Assembly (NCBI GenBank): GCA_041499075.1 | Contig: JBGQJN010000001.1 | Location: forward strand, 10,388-74,387 | Length of the DNA stretch: 64,000 nucleotides | DNA from: Minisyncoccia bacterium | GTDB taxonomy: Bacteria; Patescibacteriota; Minisyncoccia; 2-02-FULL-40-12; IGHO2-01-FULL-4-A | Direction: 5' to 3' | Part shown: positions 18,270-27,146 of the stretch, piece after piece | How positions within the stretch are numbered: the stretch's first letter is position 1 | How the letters are laid out: every line of letters starts with the position of its first letter | Translations under genes and position numbers: made by a program | Notes under the pieces: generated by a model | What the model was told of the DNA's origin: nothing | What the model saw: only the letters and a program-made list of their open reading frames with translations | Databases searched by the model: none

Positions 18270-18427
18270 AGCGTAGGCAGGGTACCCTCTGGGGGATTCC
18301 AAAATTGGGAATTGCTGGGTCGCAAGCGGTATAATTATTCCTACCGCGAGCGAATTCACAATTTTGAAATAGTGGAGTCTGCCGCTGGAGCAGACGGAAC
18401 GTCCTCCAGAGAGTACCCTGCCGAAGC
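18270..18427. repeat. Structured repeat family A, copy 2
   Basis: Terminal arms ggcagggtaccctctgg...ccagagagtaccctgcc; internal hairpins gcggtataattattcctaccgc and gtctgccgctggagcagac. Confidence 0.9.
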
Positions 18428-18429
18428 GC

Positions 18430-19257
18430 TTACTTTTTCCTCCTTCTTACTATAAACTTACTAGATTTTTTCTTGCGGTTACGCGTCTTAACTCCCAGTG
18501 CGTGTTTGCCCCATGGTGTCTTCGGATATTTCAAACCGATTGATTGTCTGCCTTCTCCTCCGCCATGCGGATGATCCACTGGATTCATGGCCGAACCGCG
18601 CACTTTTGGCCGTCTACCAAGATAGCGCGAACGGCCGGCTTTGCCAAGACTGATCGAACCGTGTTCCGTGTTGGATAATTGCCCGATAGAAGCCATGACT
18701 TCACCGCTAAAACGCCTGACTTCAGATGACGGCATAACCACCTGGACATACTTGCCTTCGTGCGCCAGCACCGTGGCACCGCCGCCAGCCGAGCGGACCA
18801 CCTGCCCGCCTTTGCCCGGCTGTAACTCAAGATTGTGGACTATCGTGCCTTGAGGGATATTTTTAAGTTTCATCCTGTTGCCCGGCTCAAGCGCCGTTTT
18901 TTCAGAAGCGACAATGCTACTGCCGGCCCTTAATCCTTCCGGAGCGAGAATGTACCTTCGCTCGCCGTCGGAGTAATGCAGTCTGGCGATCCTTGCGGTA
19001 CGATTTGGATCGTACTCAATGGAGAAAACTTTAGCCGGTATGTTCACTTTGTCCTGTTTGAAATCAATAAACCGGTAAACCCTCTTCACGCCGCCGCCGC
19101 GATGTCGGGAGGTTATCCGACCTTGGTTATTCCTGCCGACCGCACGCTGAAAACCGGTCATTAGATTCTTCAACGGCTCAACTTTGGACAGATTTGAGTA
19201 ATCATAACCCAGCATCTGCCTTCGTCCCGGGGTTGTCGGTTTGTATATTTTGGACAT
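18430..19257 (-). CDS. rplB: 50S ribosomal protein L2
   Basis: IEYDPNR and MNPVDHPHGGGEG motifs. Confidence 0.98.
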   Translation of the reverse strand: MSKIYKPTTPGRRQMLGYDYSNLSKVEPLKNLMTGFQRAVGRNNQGRITSRHRGGGVKRVYRFIDFKQDKVNIPAKVFSIEYDPNRTARIARLHYSDGERRYILAPEGLRAGSSIVASEKTALEPGNRMKLKNIPQGTIVHNLELQPGKGGQVVRSAGGGATVLAHEGKYVQVVMPSSEVRRFSGEVMASIGQLSNTEHGSISLGKAGRSRYLGRRPKVRGSAMNPVDHPHGGGEGRQSIGLKYPKTPWGKHALGVKTRNRKKKSSKFIVRRRKK

Positions 19258-19261
19258 ATTA

Positions 19262-19681
19262 TTATGCCGCTAAGTCTATTTTACTGCCCTCTTTTAAGGT
19301 TACGATCGCCTTTTTGAAACCTGGCTTATGGCCCTCGTATTTACCGATCATCCTCTGTCTGGCTCTGGCTTTCAATATATGTACCTTGACAATGCTCACC
19401 TTATACAGCTTCTCAACAGATTTTTTTATATCAATTTTATTGGCACCATCAGCCACCTTGAATACATATTTATTGAGCGAACTCATGAGTGAACCTTTCT
19501 CGGTGATGTACGGCGCCAAAATTATTCCGTAAGCATGTTCGTCTTCGCCTTTGGGCATTGCTACCGCACCTTCTTCGGCCTTAATTTCTGCCGCTTTTTT
19601 CCCTAGGTCCGCTTCGCGGACCAGGATCCCGGCCGTAGGCCTAGGGACTTTTTCAGTTTTCTTTTTTCCAAATATAGCCAT
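19262..19681 (-). CDS. rplW: 50S ribosomal protein L23 with N-terminal extension
   Basis: PYITEK, YVFKV and KKAIVTL motifs. Confidence 0.95.
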   Translation of the reverse strand: MAIFGKKKTEKVPRPTAGILVREADLGKKAAEIKAEEGAVAMPKGEDEHAYGIILAPYITEKGSLMSSLNKYVFKVADGANKIDIKKSVEKLYKVSIVKVHILKARARQRMIGKYEGHKPGFKKAIVTLKEGSKIDLAA

Positions 19682-19690
19682 GATAAAAAA

Positions 19691-20350
19691 TTAAAGCTTA
19701 AATGTCTCGGCAATGACTGGCAGGGAATCCTTCAACAAAACCAGATATTTATTAGCCAGAACATCTTTTACATTCAAATTTCTTGCTGAGGCAGTATCTA
19801 TAAATGAAAGGTTACTGGTCGCTCTGAAAATCATTTTATCCTGGTTTGGCATGACAAGCAGAATTGAATCGCGCTTCTTCTTGGTTTCTTTGTAGCCATC
19901 CATCTTGCCTGACAAAATCTTGAAAACTCCGGCTGCCATTTTTGTCTTCGGAGATTCAAATTTAAGATTTTCTAGGACAATTAGCTCGCTGTCCTTGACT
20001 TTACTTGATAGGGCCATGAAAAGCGCGTTACGTTTCATTTTTTTATTTATTTTTTTGCTAAAATTGCGTTCTTTGGTTGGGCCAAATGTTACGCCGCCGC
20101 CTTTCCAAATCGGCGATCTGATGGAACCGTGTCTGGCCCGGCCGGTACCCTTTTGCTTCCAGGGTTTGCGTCCGCCGCCGTGTACTTCGCCCCTGCCTTT
20201 GGTATGCGCCAAGACTTGCCTGGAATTAGCTGACTGTGCTTCCAAAACCTGTCTCACCAAATCCGTGTTCATGGCCACGCCAAAAATCCTGTCCGGCAAG
20301 TCGACATCACCGATCATTTCAGCGTTTTGATTGTATAAGATTGTTTTCAT
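19691..20350 (-). CDS. rplD: 50S ribosomal protein L4
   Basis: KPWKQKGTGRARHGS motif. Confidence 0.98.
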   Translation of the reverse strand: MKTILYNQNAEMIGDVDLPDRIFGVAMNTDLVRQVLEAQSANSRQVLAHTKGRGEVHGGGRKPWKQKGTGRARHGSIRSPIWKGGGVTFGPTKERNFSKKINKKMKRNALFMALSSKVKDSELIVLENLKFESPKTKMAAGVFKILSGKMDGYKETKKKRDSILLVMPNQDKMIFRATSNLSFIDTASARNLNVKDVLANKYLVLLKDSLPVIAETFKL

Positions 20351-20973
20351 TATAATTTTACTATTTCTAAAATTGTGCTGCGTCTTCCCGGCACCGCTCC
20401 CTTGATTGCCAAAAAATTATTTTCCTTGTCCACGGCCGCCACTTTCAGGCCACGCGTGGTAACTCTTTTACCGCCCATGCGGCCGGCCATACGCATACCC
20501 TTGAGCGTGTGCTGCGGGAAACGCTGGCCGATTGAGCCAACATGTCGCATGACGTGGTGATGGCCGTGGCTCGCCGGCATACCGTGGAAACCGTGGCGTT
20601 TGACTGCTCCCTGGAAACCCCTACCCTTGGCTATACCGCTTATCTTGACCGTGTCGCCGACATCAAAAACCGAAACATCCAGGATATCGCCTCGTACCAA
20701 ATTTTTTTCTTCTTCGCCGACTTTGGCCTTCAAGATTTTAAATTCCTTGAGATACTTTTTACTCTCTAAGTCTTTTAGGTGGCCGGACTTTGCCTTGTTA
20801 CTCTTTTTCTCTTTGGCATAGCCGACTTGCACCGACTCATAGCCGTCTTTTTCTTTAGTTCTGATCTGGGTCACGGTTATCGGTCCGGCTTCAATCAAAG
20901 TCACCGGTATAACTCGTCCGTCTTCCTGAAAAATCCTGGTCATCCCGATTTTCTTACCTAGTATGAAACTCAT
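20350..20973 (-). CDS. rplC: 50S ribosomal protein L3
   Basis: GKKIGMT and KGRGFQG motifs; start taken at MSFILG. Confidence 0.98.
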   Translation of the reverse strand: MSFILGKKIGMTRIFQEDGRVIPVTLIEAGPITVTQIRTKEKDGYESVQVGYAKEKKSNKAKSGHLKDLESKKYLKEFKILKAKVGEEEKNLVRGDILDVSVFDVGDTVKISGIAKGRGFQGAVKRHGFHGMPASHGHHHVMRHVGSIGQRFPQHTLKGMRMAGRMGGKRVTTRGLKVAAVDKENNFLAIKGAVPGRRSTILEIVKL

Positions 20974-21142
20974 TTTAACAGAAAACCCAGATTCAGCTGG
21001 GCAATTCAAACTAGCTGGATCTTTGTGTTACCAATCAAATTTTGCTTAACAAAATTTGCATTAAGTTATAATTGCTACCTTACCACGGAGCAAAAGTAGC
21101 AAAGATGGCTGTACAAATTTTGCACAGTCATCTCTATTACTT

Positions 21143-21478
21143 TTACATTTTTATTTCAATATCTACACCGGCTGGCAAATTAAGATTCATTAAGGAATCT
21201 ATGATCTTGGAATTGGGTTGGGAAATATCAATCAGGCGCTGATGGACGCGCATCTCAAACTGCTCACGCGAATTCTTATCAATGAAGGCCGCGCGATTGA
21301 CGGTATACTTGTGGATCTGCGTCGGCAACGGCACCGGACCGGTGACATGGCCGCCGTTGCGCTCAATCGTCTCCACGATCTGCTTGGCAGATTTATCTAT
21401 GATCTTATTATCATACGCCTTGAGCTTGATTCTTATACGCTGGGCTAATTCCGGTGGTTTGTCTTTTTTAGTTGGCAT
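21143..21478 (-). CDS. rpsJ: 30S ribosomal protein S10
   Basis: [17 protein letters not shown] and REQFEMR motifs. Confidence 0.98.
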   Translation of the reverse strand: MPTKKDKPPELAQRIRIKLKAYDNKIIDKSAKQIVETIERNGGHVTGPVPLPTQIHKYTVNRAAFIDKNSREQFEMRVHQRLIDISQPNSKIIDSLMNLNLPAGVDIEIKM

Positions 21479-21507
21479 TTTCGTAAGGTGCTAAGGTACT
21501 ATTACTG

Positions 21508-21540
21508 ACAACCCCGCCGAGTCTGACTCGGCGGGGTTGT
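21508..21540 (-). terminator. Stem-loop between tuf and rpsJ
   Basis: acaaccccgccga-gtctgac-tcggcggggttgt. Confidence 0.6.
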
Positions 21541-21542
21541 TT

Positions 21543-22745
21543 TTATGCATTAATTTTTGTAACAACTCCGGCCCCTACCGTCTTACCACCCTCTCTGATG
21601 GCAAAACGCTGTTTCTCTTCCATAGCAATCGGGGCAATGAGTTTAACTTTGAATGTAACGGTATCTCCCGGCATAACCATTTCTGTACCTTCCGGCAAAG
21701 TCACTTCCCCAGTCACGTCTGTAGTTCTAAAGTAAAATTGCGGCTTATAGCCCTTGAAAAACGGCGTGTGACGTCCACCTTCTTCTTTGGACAAAATATA
21801 GGTCTCGGCATCAAACTCCGTATGCGGCGTGATTGATCCGGGTTTGGCAAGCACCTGACCGCGAGCGACGTCTTCTTTTTTCAAACCTCGCAAGAGCAAA
21901 CCGGCATTATCCCCGGCCCTGCCTTCGTCAAGCTGCTTATTGAACATTTCAATGCCGGTTACCACGGTTTTAACGCTCGGCTTGAGGCCGACTATTTCCA
22001 ACTCTTCGTTAATTTTGACCTGGCCCCTTTCAATTCTTCCTGTCACGACCGTACCACGGCCTTCAATAGAGAAAACGTCTTCAACCGGCATCAAAAATGG
22101 TTTATCCAGTTCACGTACCGGTTCCGGAATGTAGGAATCGAGCGTGTCAACCAATTCTTTAATCGGCTTAATCGCCGGGTCATCCTTGGTCTTAGCTTCA
22201 AGAGCTTTCAGGCTGGAGCCACGGATTATCGGCGTCTTGTCGCCGGGAAATTGATTCTTGTTAAGTAATTCACGAATTTCCGCCTCTACCAAGTCGAGCA
22301 TTTCCGGATCATCTACTTGGTCAACTTTATTAAGAAAAACGATAATAGAAGGTACGCCGACTTGGCGGGCAAGCAGGATGTGCTCTCGGGTTTGAGGCAT
22401 GGGTCCGTCAGTTGCGGCTACGACAAGTATCGCGCCGTCCATTTGAGCGGCACCGGTGATCATGTTTTTGATGTAGTCGGCGTGGCCGGGTGCATCAACA
22501 TGGGCATAATGGCGTTTGGGCGTTGAGTATTCAGAGTGATGCAAAGCAATGGTAATACCTCTGGCTTTTTCTTCGGGAGCATTGTCAATCTGATCGATTT
22601 TCTCAACCCTAGCCTCGTAACCTTCGTCTTTATACATATCCAGAGTGTGCAAAATCGCCGCCGTTAAGGTGGTTTTGCCGTGATCAACATGACCGATTGT
22701 GCCTACATTCAAATGAGGCTTAGTTCTTTCAAATTTTCCTGCCAT
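21543..22745 (-). CDS. tuf: Elongation factor Tu
   Basis: [17 protein letters not shown] and [10 protein letters not shown] motifs. Confidence 0.99.
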   Translation of the reverse strand: MAGKFERTKPHLNVGTIGHVDHGKTTLTAAILHTLDMYKDEGYEARVEKIDQIDNAPEEKARGITIALHHSEYSTPKRHYAHVDAPGHADYIKNMITGAAQMDGAILVVAATDGPMPQTREHILLARQVGVPSIIVFLNKVDQVDDPEMLDLVEAEIRELLNKNQFPGDKTPIIRGSSLKALEAKTKDDPAIKPIKELVDTLDSYIPEPVRELDKPFLMPVEDVFSIEGRGTVVTGRIERGQVKINEELEIVGLKPSVKTVVTGIEMFNKQLDEGRAGDNAGLLLRGLKKEDVARGQVLAKPGSITPHTEFDAETYILSKEEGGRHTPFFKGYKPQFYFRTTDVTGEVTLPEGTEMVMPGDTVTFKVKLIAPIAMEEKQRFAIREGGKTVGAGVVTKINA

Positions 22746-22913
22746 ATTTGAGTCATTTATAGGTACTAGTTATTAGGTTGTAGGCATAAGCCTAGCACCC
22801 AAAAGTTAGCGCCTAATGCTCTTTAATAAATTGAAACCTGATTGATTTAAGAATTACCCCTCTGCTGGAGAAAGACTAAAAACAATCACGACCTTACCAT
22901 TATAATCCAAAGC

Positions 22914-23243
22914 TTAATCCAGGTCAATACCTTCAGCAACCTGTTCTGTGGATTGCTCGTCTCCAAGCAATTCGGCAGATTCTTTTTGCCTGATCTCCTC
23001 CTTGAGGGCCAGTATCTCCTGATTCAATCTGTCAAATATTTTCTGGTCCTCATAATTCAATGGTTCAGAAGAACCAATGGGCTCTCCGCCGGTATTATCT
23101 CGTCCGAGTATCTCTATATCTTCACCGGCATCAAGAGCCCGATATTTATCATAAGATAGTACCACAAATTCCGGCTCATTGCCATTCATAACTAAAATCG
23201 CGCCCACTCGTTTTATCATGTCCCTAAGTTTCTTAAAATCCAT
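22914..23243 (-). CDS. Hypothetical protein; N-terminus resembles the Phd/YefM antitoxin fold
   Basis: ILVMNGNEPEFVVLSYDKY pattern plus an acidic tail; the resemblance is judged by eye. Confidence 0.45.
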   Translation of the reverse strand: MDFKKLRDMIKRVGAILVMNGNEPEFVVLSYDKYRALDAGEDIEILGRDNTGGEPIGSSEPLNYEDQKIFDRLNQEILALKEEIRQKESAELLGDEQSTEQVAEGIDLD

Positions 23244-23362
23244 AATAATAACCTTCTAACAAAAAAGTGAGAACCATGCAAGCCAGCGAGTGGGAATGGT
23301 TGCGGCTTATCTACGGGCGGGGTTTGACTAAAAAAGCTAATTCTGCTAATCTGTCTCCAACA

Positions 23363-23830
23363 ATGGAGAGCACACCCGAAACCAAATCTTACGAGCTAGC
23401 CTATCACTTGACGCCTGATATTGAAGAGAGTGAGGCCAGAAACAGAGTGCAGGAGCTCAATGATATAATAACGACCAGCGGCGGTTCAGTTTTAGTTGCC
23501 AAAGAACCGAGAAAGATACATTTGTCTTACTCCGTTAAAAGCAAAAATTATGCTTACTTCGGGATAATGGACTTCCAGGCGGCCAGTGACTCGATAGACA
23601 AGATAAACAACCAGATGAAGCTTCAGAATTCCATCTTACGTTATTTGTTAGTTAAGAAGCCGGAATTCAAGGAAGTGCGAACTTTGGGTGAATATCGCGC
23701 TCGAGCTAGAGTCAAAAAGACTTATGAACCTGCGCCGACAGAAGCCCGCAAAAGCGCACCCAAAGAAAAAACGGCGGAAGAAAAAGCTCAATTAGATGAG
23801 GAACTGGCAAAAGTAATAGAAGGATTATAA
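23363..23830 (+). CDS. rpsF: 30S ribosomal protein S6
   Basis: YELAY and ILRYLLVK motifs; rpsF-ssb-rpsR order; start taken at MESTP. Confidence 0.92.
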   Translation: MESTPETKSYELAYHLTPDIEESEARNRVQELNDIITTSGGSVLVAKEPRKIHLSYSVKSKNYAYFGIMDFQAASDSIDKINNQMKLQNSILRYLLVKKPEFKEVRTLGEYRARARVKKTYEPAPTEARKSAPKEKTAEEKAQLDEELAKVIEGL

Positions 23831-23834
23831 CAAT

Positions 23835-24368
23835 ATGAATCTAAACAAAGTTTTCTTAATCGGCCGGCTGGCCGCAGATCCGGAATCGCGTACAACACCA
23901 TCGGGGCAGACCGTGACTACTTTAAGATTGGCCACAAATCGCGTTTGGAATAACAGAACTACTGGCGAGAAACAAGAACAGGTTGAGTTTCACACCGTGA
24001 TTGCCTGGGGTAATCTCGCCGAAATATCCTCCAAATACTTACGCAAAGGCCAGCTGGCGCTTTTTGAAGGCCGGATACAGACAAGGTCATGGCAAGGCCA
24101 AGATGGTGTCAAGCGTTATCGCACCGAGATCGTAGCCGACGGCTTACAGTTGGGACCCAAGGCCAGCAATATGCCTGGTAGTTATACGCCAAGGGACTCA
24201 ACATCGGATCAGCAAGTCCAGAGCAATAAACCAGCTTCCGCCGCTAGCACAATAAAAGAAGAAGATATTCCGGTTATCAACGAAGACTCCCCTATTACCA
24301 GCGATCCGGTTATAGCCGATAGCGAAGTGGAGGAAAGTGAAATTAATCTTAAGGATATACCTTTTTAA
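23835..24368 (+). CDS. ssb: Single-stranded DNA-binding protein
   Basis: NKVFLIGRL, EGRIQTRSW and C-terminal DIPF. Confidence 0.97.
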   Translation: MNLNKVFLIGRLAADPESRTTPSGQTVTTLRLATNRVWNNRTTGEKQEQVEFHTVIAWGNLAEISSKYLRKGQLALFEGRIQTRSWQGQDGVKRYRTEIVADGLQLGPKASNMPGSYTPRDSTSDQQVQSNKPASAASTIKEEDIPVINEDSPITSDPVIADSEVEESEINLKDIPF

Positions 24369-24369
24369 T

Positions 24370-24582
24370 ATGGTTTGCATTTGTTGCCAGGAAAAAATTA
24401 ATCACGTTGATTATAAAAATACGGACATCCTCCGTAAGTTTGTCTCGGGCCAATTTAAGATCTCCTCTTCTGCCCGCACCGGCCTGTGCCAGAACCATCA
24501 GCGCATGGTCGCCAACGCCGTTAAACTCGCCAGATATATGGCACTGATGCCATATACGAAGTTACAGACATTGAAAAAATAG
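24370..24582 (+). CDS. rpsR: 30S ribosomal protein S18, copy 1
   Basis: VDYKN, RTGLC..HQR and ARYMALMPY motifs. Confidence 0.95.
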   Translation: MVCICCQEKINHVDYKNTDILRKFVSGQFKISSSARTGLCQNHQRMVANAVKLARYMALMPYTKLQTLKK

Positions 24583-24637
24583 TTGACGAGTGTAGGCGAG
24601 GAAATACTGAGGCCAACAGGCCGAACGTGTCGCTCGC
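24583..24637 (+). repeat. Short REP-like repeat family C
   Basis: ttgacgag...gaggaaatactgaggccaacaggccgaacgtgtcgctcgc; matches 56845-56921 and the reverse strand of 29407-29522. Confidence 0.8.
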
Positions 24638-24900
24638 CCCTCAATTTTTCTTTCAACATCTGTCCCCGGCAAATAATATATTGATTTTCTCATTTCCCTG
24701 GATAAAAAATCATACCCCTTCCGCTACGCAGAGCCCCGACATTAGTCAGGGCTCTGCTTTGCCACATCCTAATTTATTTATCAGCGGAAGATATCAAAAA
24801 TCAATATTTATTTGTACGGCACCATATGGATGACGAGGATCAGAGAGTGTCGCTCTAGATCTCGCTACAAAAACAAAACCGACATGCGATGTCGGCAGGA

Positions 24901-25278
24901 TTATTGAGCTAGAGCAACCTCGGGCTCGGGATCTGGCAATTGATCGGATTGCAAGAACTTACCAAGCAAAACTTCTCTCTCGAGACATGCTAAAGTTTTA
25001 TGGCCATAATTAACACCTTCATCATACCAAGGGATACCTTCTTCGTAAATCTCACGGGTGAATCCAGCGGCAATTAATTTTTCTTTATCAGAACTATACA
25101 ATTTATCCCAGATGACTTTGGCTTCTACATCAAAAGCTCTAGCTAGCGGGCAATTACATGTACCATGGCTACCGACACCTTTAAGCGCCTCTTCTTTTCT
25201 AGTAAATAACAGTCTAATCCATTGCTGCACATTTGCCGCTAATTTTTTAAAGATCCGCTCAAGCTCTGGATCCATCAT
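24901..25278 (-). CDS. Hypothetical protein
   Basis: 125-aa ORF with an AAGGAG RBS; no recognised motif. Confidence 0.6.
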   Translation of the reverse strand: MMDPELERIFKKLAANVQQWIRLLFTRKEEALKGVGSHGTCNCPLARAFDVEAKVIWDKLYSSDKEKLIAAGFTREIYEEGIPWYDEGVNYGHKTLACLEREVLLGKFLQSDQLPDPEPEVALAQ

Positions 25279-25520
25279 CTTCCGGCTCCTTGTCTGATTG
25301 ATTATCTACCTGGAACTTTACACCATCTAAAATCTTCCGCAAGCCAAATATAAAAGTGCCAAAAGGCACTTTTATATTTGTTAGTTTCAGATGAATGACG
25401 AAAATCAGAGGACATCGCTTTGGCCTGGGGTATCCTTGGATGGGAACAGAAGCGGGTCACCGATACATTAGACGCTAGTATATGCGGACTAAACAACTGT
25501 TTAATCCCCTATCTAAAATA

Positions 25521-26348
25521 TTATGCCCTGTGTATTTCTAATAGATCGCTTAGAACACTGTCCAAGTACATTTTGATTTGTAGAATCTCCGACCGTCCCT
25601 CTCTGTGGCTGTGAGCCGAAAGTGATCCACGTTCATAAACAGCCCTGACTAAACGAGGCACACTTTCATCAACTATTTGAGCAGCCATTTTCGGAGCTTC
25701 CATGGCCGTATCGGGGATTTCTCTGATTTTGAGAATATAGTGTACTTTCTGTTTCATTGTTGGCTGCTTTTCCCCTTCTTCAAATTTAAAGCCAGGGATC
25801 GCCTCAACTTCGGCATCGGGAGCCAAGTGATCCAAAACCTCACGAAGAACCTCTCGCAACTCAGTAGCCGTACCTCGGTATGATGCTCGGTTTTCCTGCA
25901 GGTCAGCAAGTGCTTGTTTATACGATATCGCCGCTCCAGGAACAACCTGTTCAAGCATATTTAGTATAACTTCATCCTGCTGGGAAGTATTTTTTGTGGC
26001 TGTTCCTTGAGTCCCTCCGGAGAGTCGTTGACTATTTAAATATTCGCGAGATATTTCTGCCTCAGCAAGATTTGCTCCAATTTTTGCAAAAACTTTTTTG
26101 TATACTGTTACCGAGGTGCGGGCACTGGCCATTCTCATCAAATCTTGCATCTGCTTGTCCAGCACCTCCGTTGCAACCATGCCAACAACCAGTTCGGGCC
26201 GTAACTCTCGAAAATATCGTTGCACAAAATATCGGATTCGGTTCTGCAGATTAGCAGAACTGATTTGAATAGAATTGGCACGATTTACTCTGGAAAGAAT
26301 CAGTTTTGTTTCGCGCACAATGGAAAGAAAGGTGTCGCTTTCCGACAC
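25521..26348 (-). CDS. Putative HEPN-like nuclease (resembles the predicted pPIWI-associating nuclease family)
   Basis: Helical C-terminal domain SYKQAL...ELREVLREVLDHLAPD...PTMKQKV with an R-x5-H motif (RGSLSAH); family recalled from memory, not searched. Confidence 0.5.
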   Translation of the reverse strand: MSESDTFLSIVRETKLILSRVNRANSIQISSANLQNRIRYFVQRYFRELRPELVVGMVATEVLDKQMQDLMRMASARTSVTVYKKVFAKIGANLAEAEISREYLNSQRLSGGTQGTATKNTSQQDEVILNMLEQVVPGAAISYKQALADLQENRASYRGTATELREVLREVLDHLAPDAEVEAIPGFKFEEGEKQPTMKQKVHYILKIREIPDTAMEAPKMAAQIVDESVPRLVRAVYERGSLSAHSHREGRSEILQIKMYLDSVLSDLLEIHRA

Positions 26349-26379
26349 CCCAGGAGATGTGTTAGCAGATTTAATTCTA

Positions 26380-26712
26380 GCGGCGCTTTTTGAAGGCCGG
26401 ATTCAGACAAGATCATGGCAAGGCCAGGATGGCGTCAAACGCTACCGCACCGAGATTGTAGCCGATGGTTTACAACTGGGACCCAAGGCAAGTAATCCAA
26501 GCACTGCGAATTATCAATCAAACAATCAGACATCGAGACCATCCTCCTACACCTCTCCTTCGCATAAAGCTCCGGATGAGCAAAGCAAGTCTTCGGTAAA
26601 GGAAGAAGACATTCCCGTTATCAATGAAGACTCTCCCATTACCAGCGATCCGGTTATTTCTGATAGTGATGTGGAAGAAACGGAAATTAATTTAAAAGAT
26701 ATACCGTTCTAA
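26380..26712 (+). pseudogene. ssb: 5'-truncated second ssb (C-terminal half)
   Basis: ALFEGRIQTRSWQGQ...DIPF matches copy 1 with synonymous changes and a different linker; the N-terminal half is missing. Confidence 0.88.
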
Positions 26713-26805
26713 TCAACGAATAGCGAATATGTACGAATATACCAATATACGAAATGGATTAATTAGTACTTTCGTAAATTAGTATAAATTCGTAATTCGT
26801 TGATA
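26713..26805. repeat. Inverted array of short (~7-9 nt) tandem repeats
   Basis: (a)cgaat units on the left mirrored by (a)ttcgt units on the right. Confidence 0.65.
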
Positions 26806-26814
26806 GCGACAAGC

Positions 26815-27024
26815 ATGTGTATTTGTTGCCAGGAAAAAATTAATCACGTTGATTACAAAAATACGGACATCCTCCGCAAGTTTGTTTCCGGTCAATTTAA
26901 GATTTCTTCTTCGGCCCGCACCGGCCTGTGCCAGAATCATCAGCGCATGGTCGCCAACGCCGTCAAACTCGCCCGGTATATGGCGTTGATGCCTTATACC
27001 AAGTTACAAACTATAAAAAAATAA
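26815..27024 (+). CDS. rpsR: 30S ribosomal protein S18, copy 2
   Basis: Protein nearly identical to copy 1; DNA differs mainly at third codon positions. Confidence 0.93.
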   Translation: MCICCQEKINHVDYKNTDILRKFVSGQFKISSSARTGLCQNHQRMVANAVKLARYMALMPYTKLQTIKK

Positions 27025-27066
27025 AAACTTCACTTGCCCCATACTTATTACCATAAGTGTGGGGTG

Positions 27067-27108
27067 GCCCTGATGCCGTACACCAAACTCCAGACTATAA
27101 AGAAATAA
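27067..27108 (+). pseudogene. rpsR: Third rpsR 3' tail (ALMPYTKLQTIKK*)
   Basis: gccctgatgccgtacaccaaactccagactataaagaaataa, preceded by a hairpin at about 27037-27064. Confidence 0.85.
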
Positions 27109-27146
27109 AAAAAACCGCCAACCAGCGGATTTTTTATTTCTTATTT

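Noticed and set aside
24600-24626. Hammerhead ribozyme in family C (CUGA-stem-GAAC)
   Set aside because: It lacks the CUGANGA and GAAA core, and no stems I/III with a cleavage triplet were found.
26275-26379. N-terminal part of the 145-aa ssb-like ORF
   Set aside because: It largely overlaps the opposite-strand gene and is not SSB-like; homology starts at about 26380.
23835-27024. Simple assembly duplication of ssb-rpsR
   Set aside because: The copies differ at many synonymous sites and in the linker, so they are not a repeated identical segment. A strain chimera cannot be excluded without reads.
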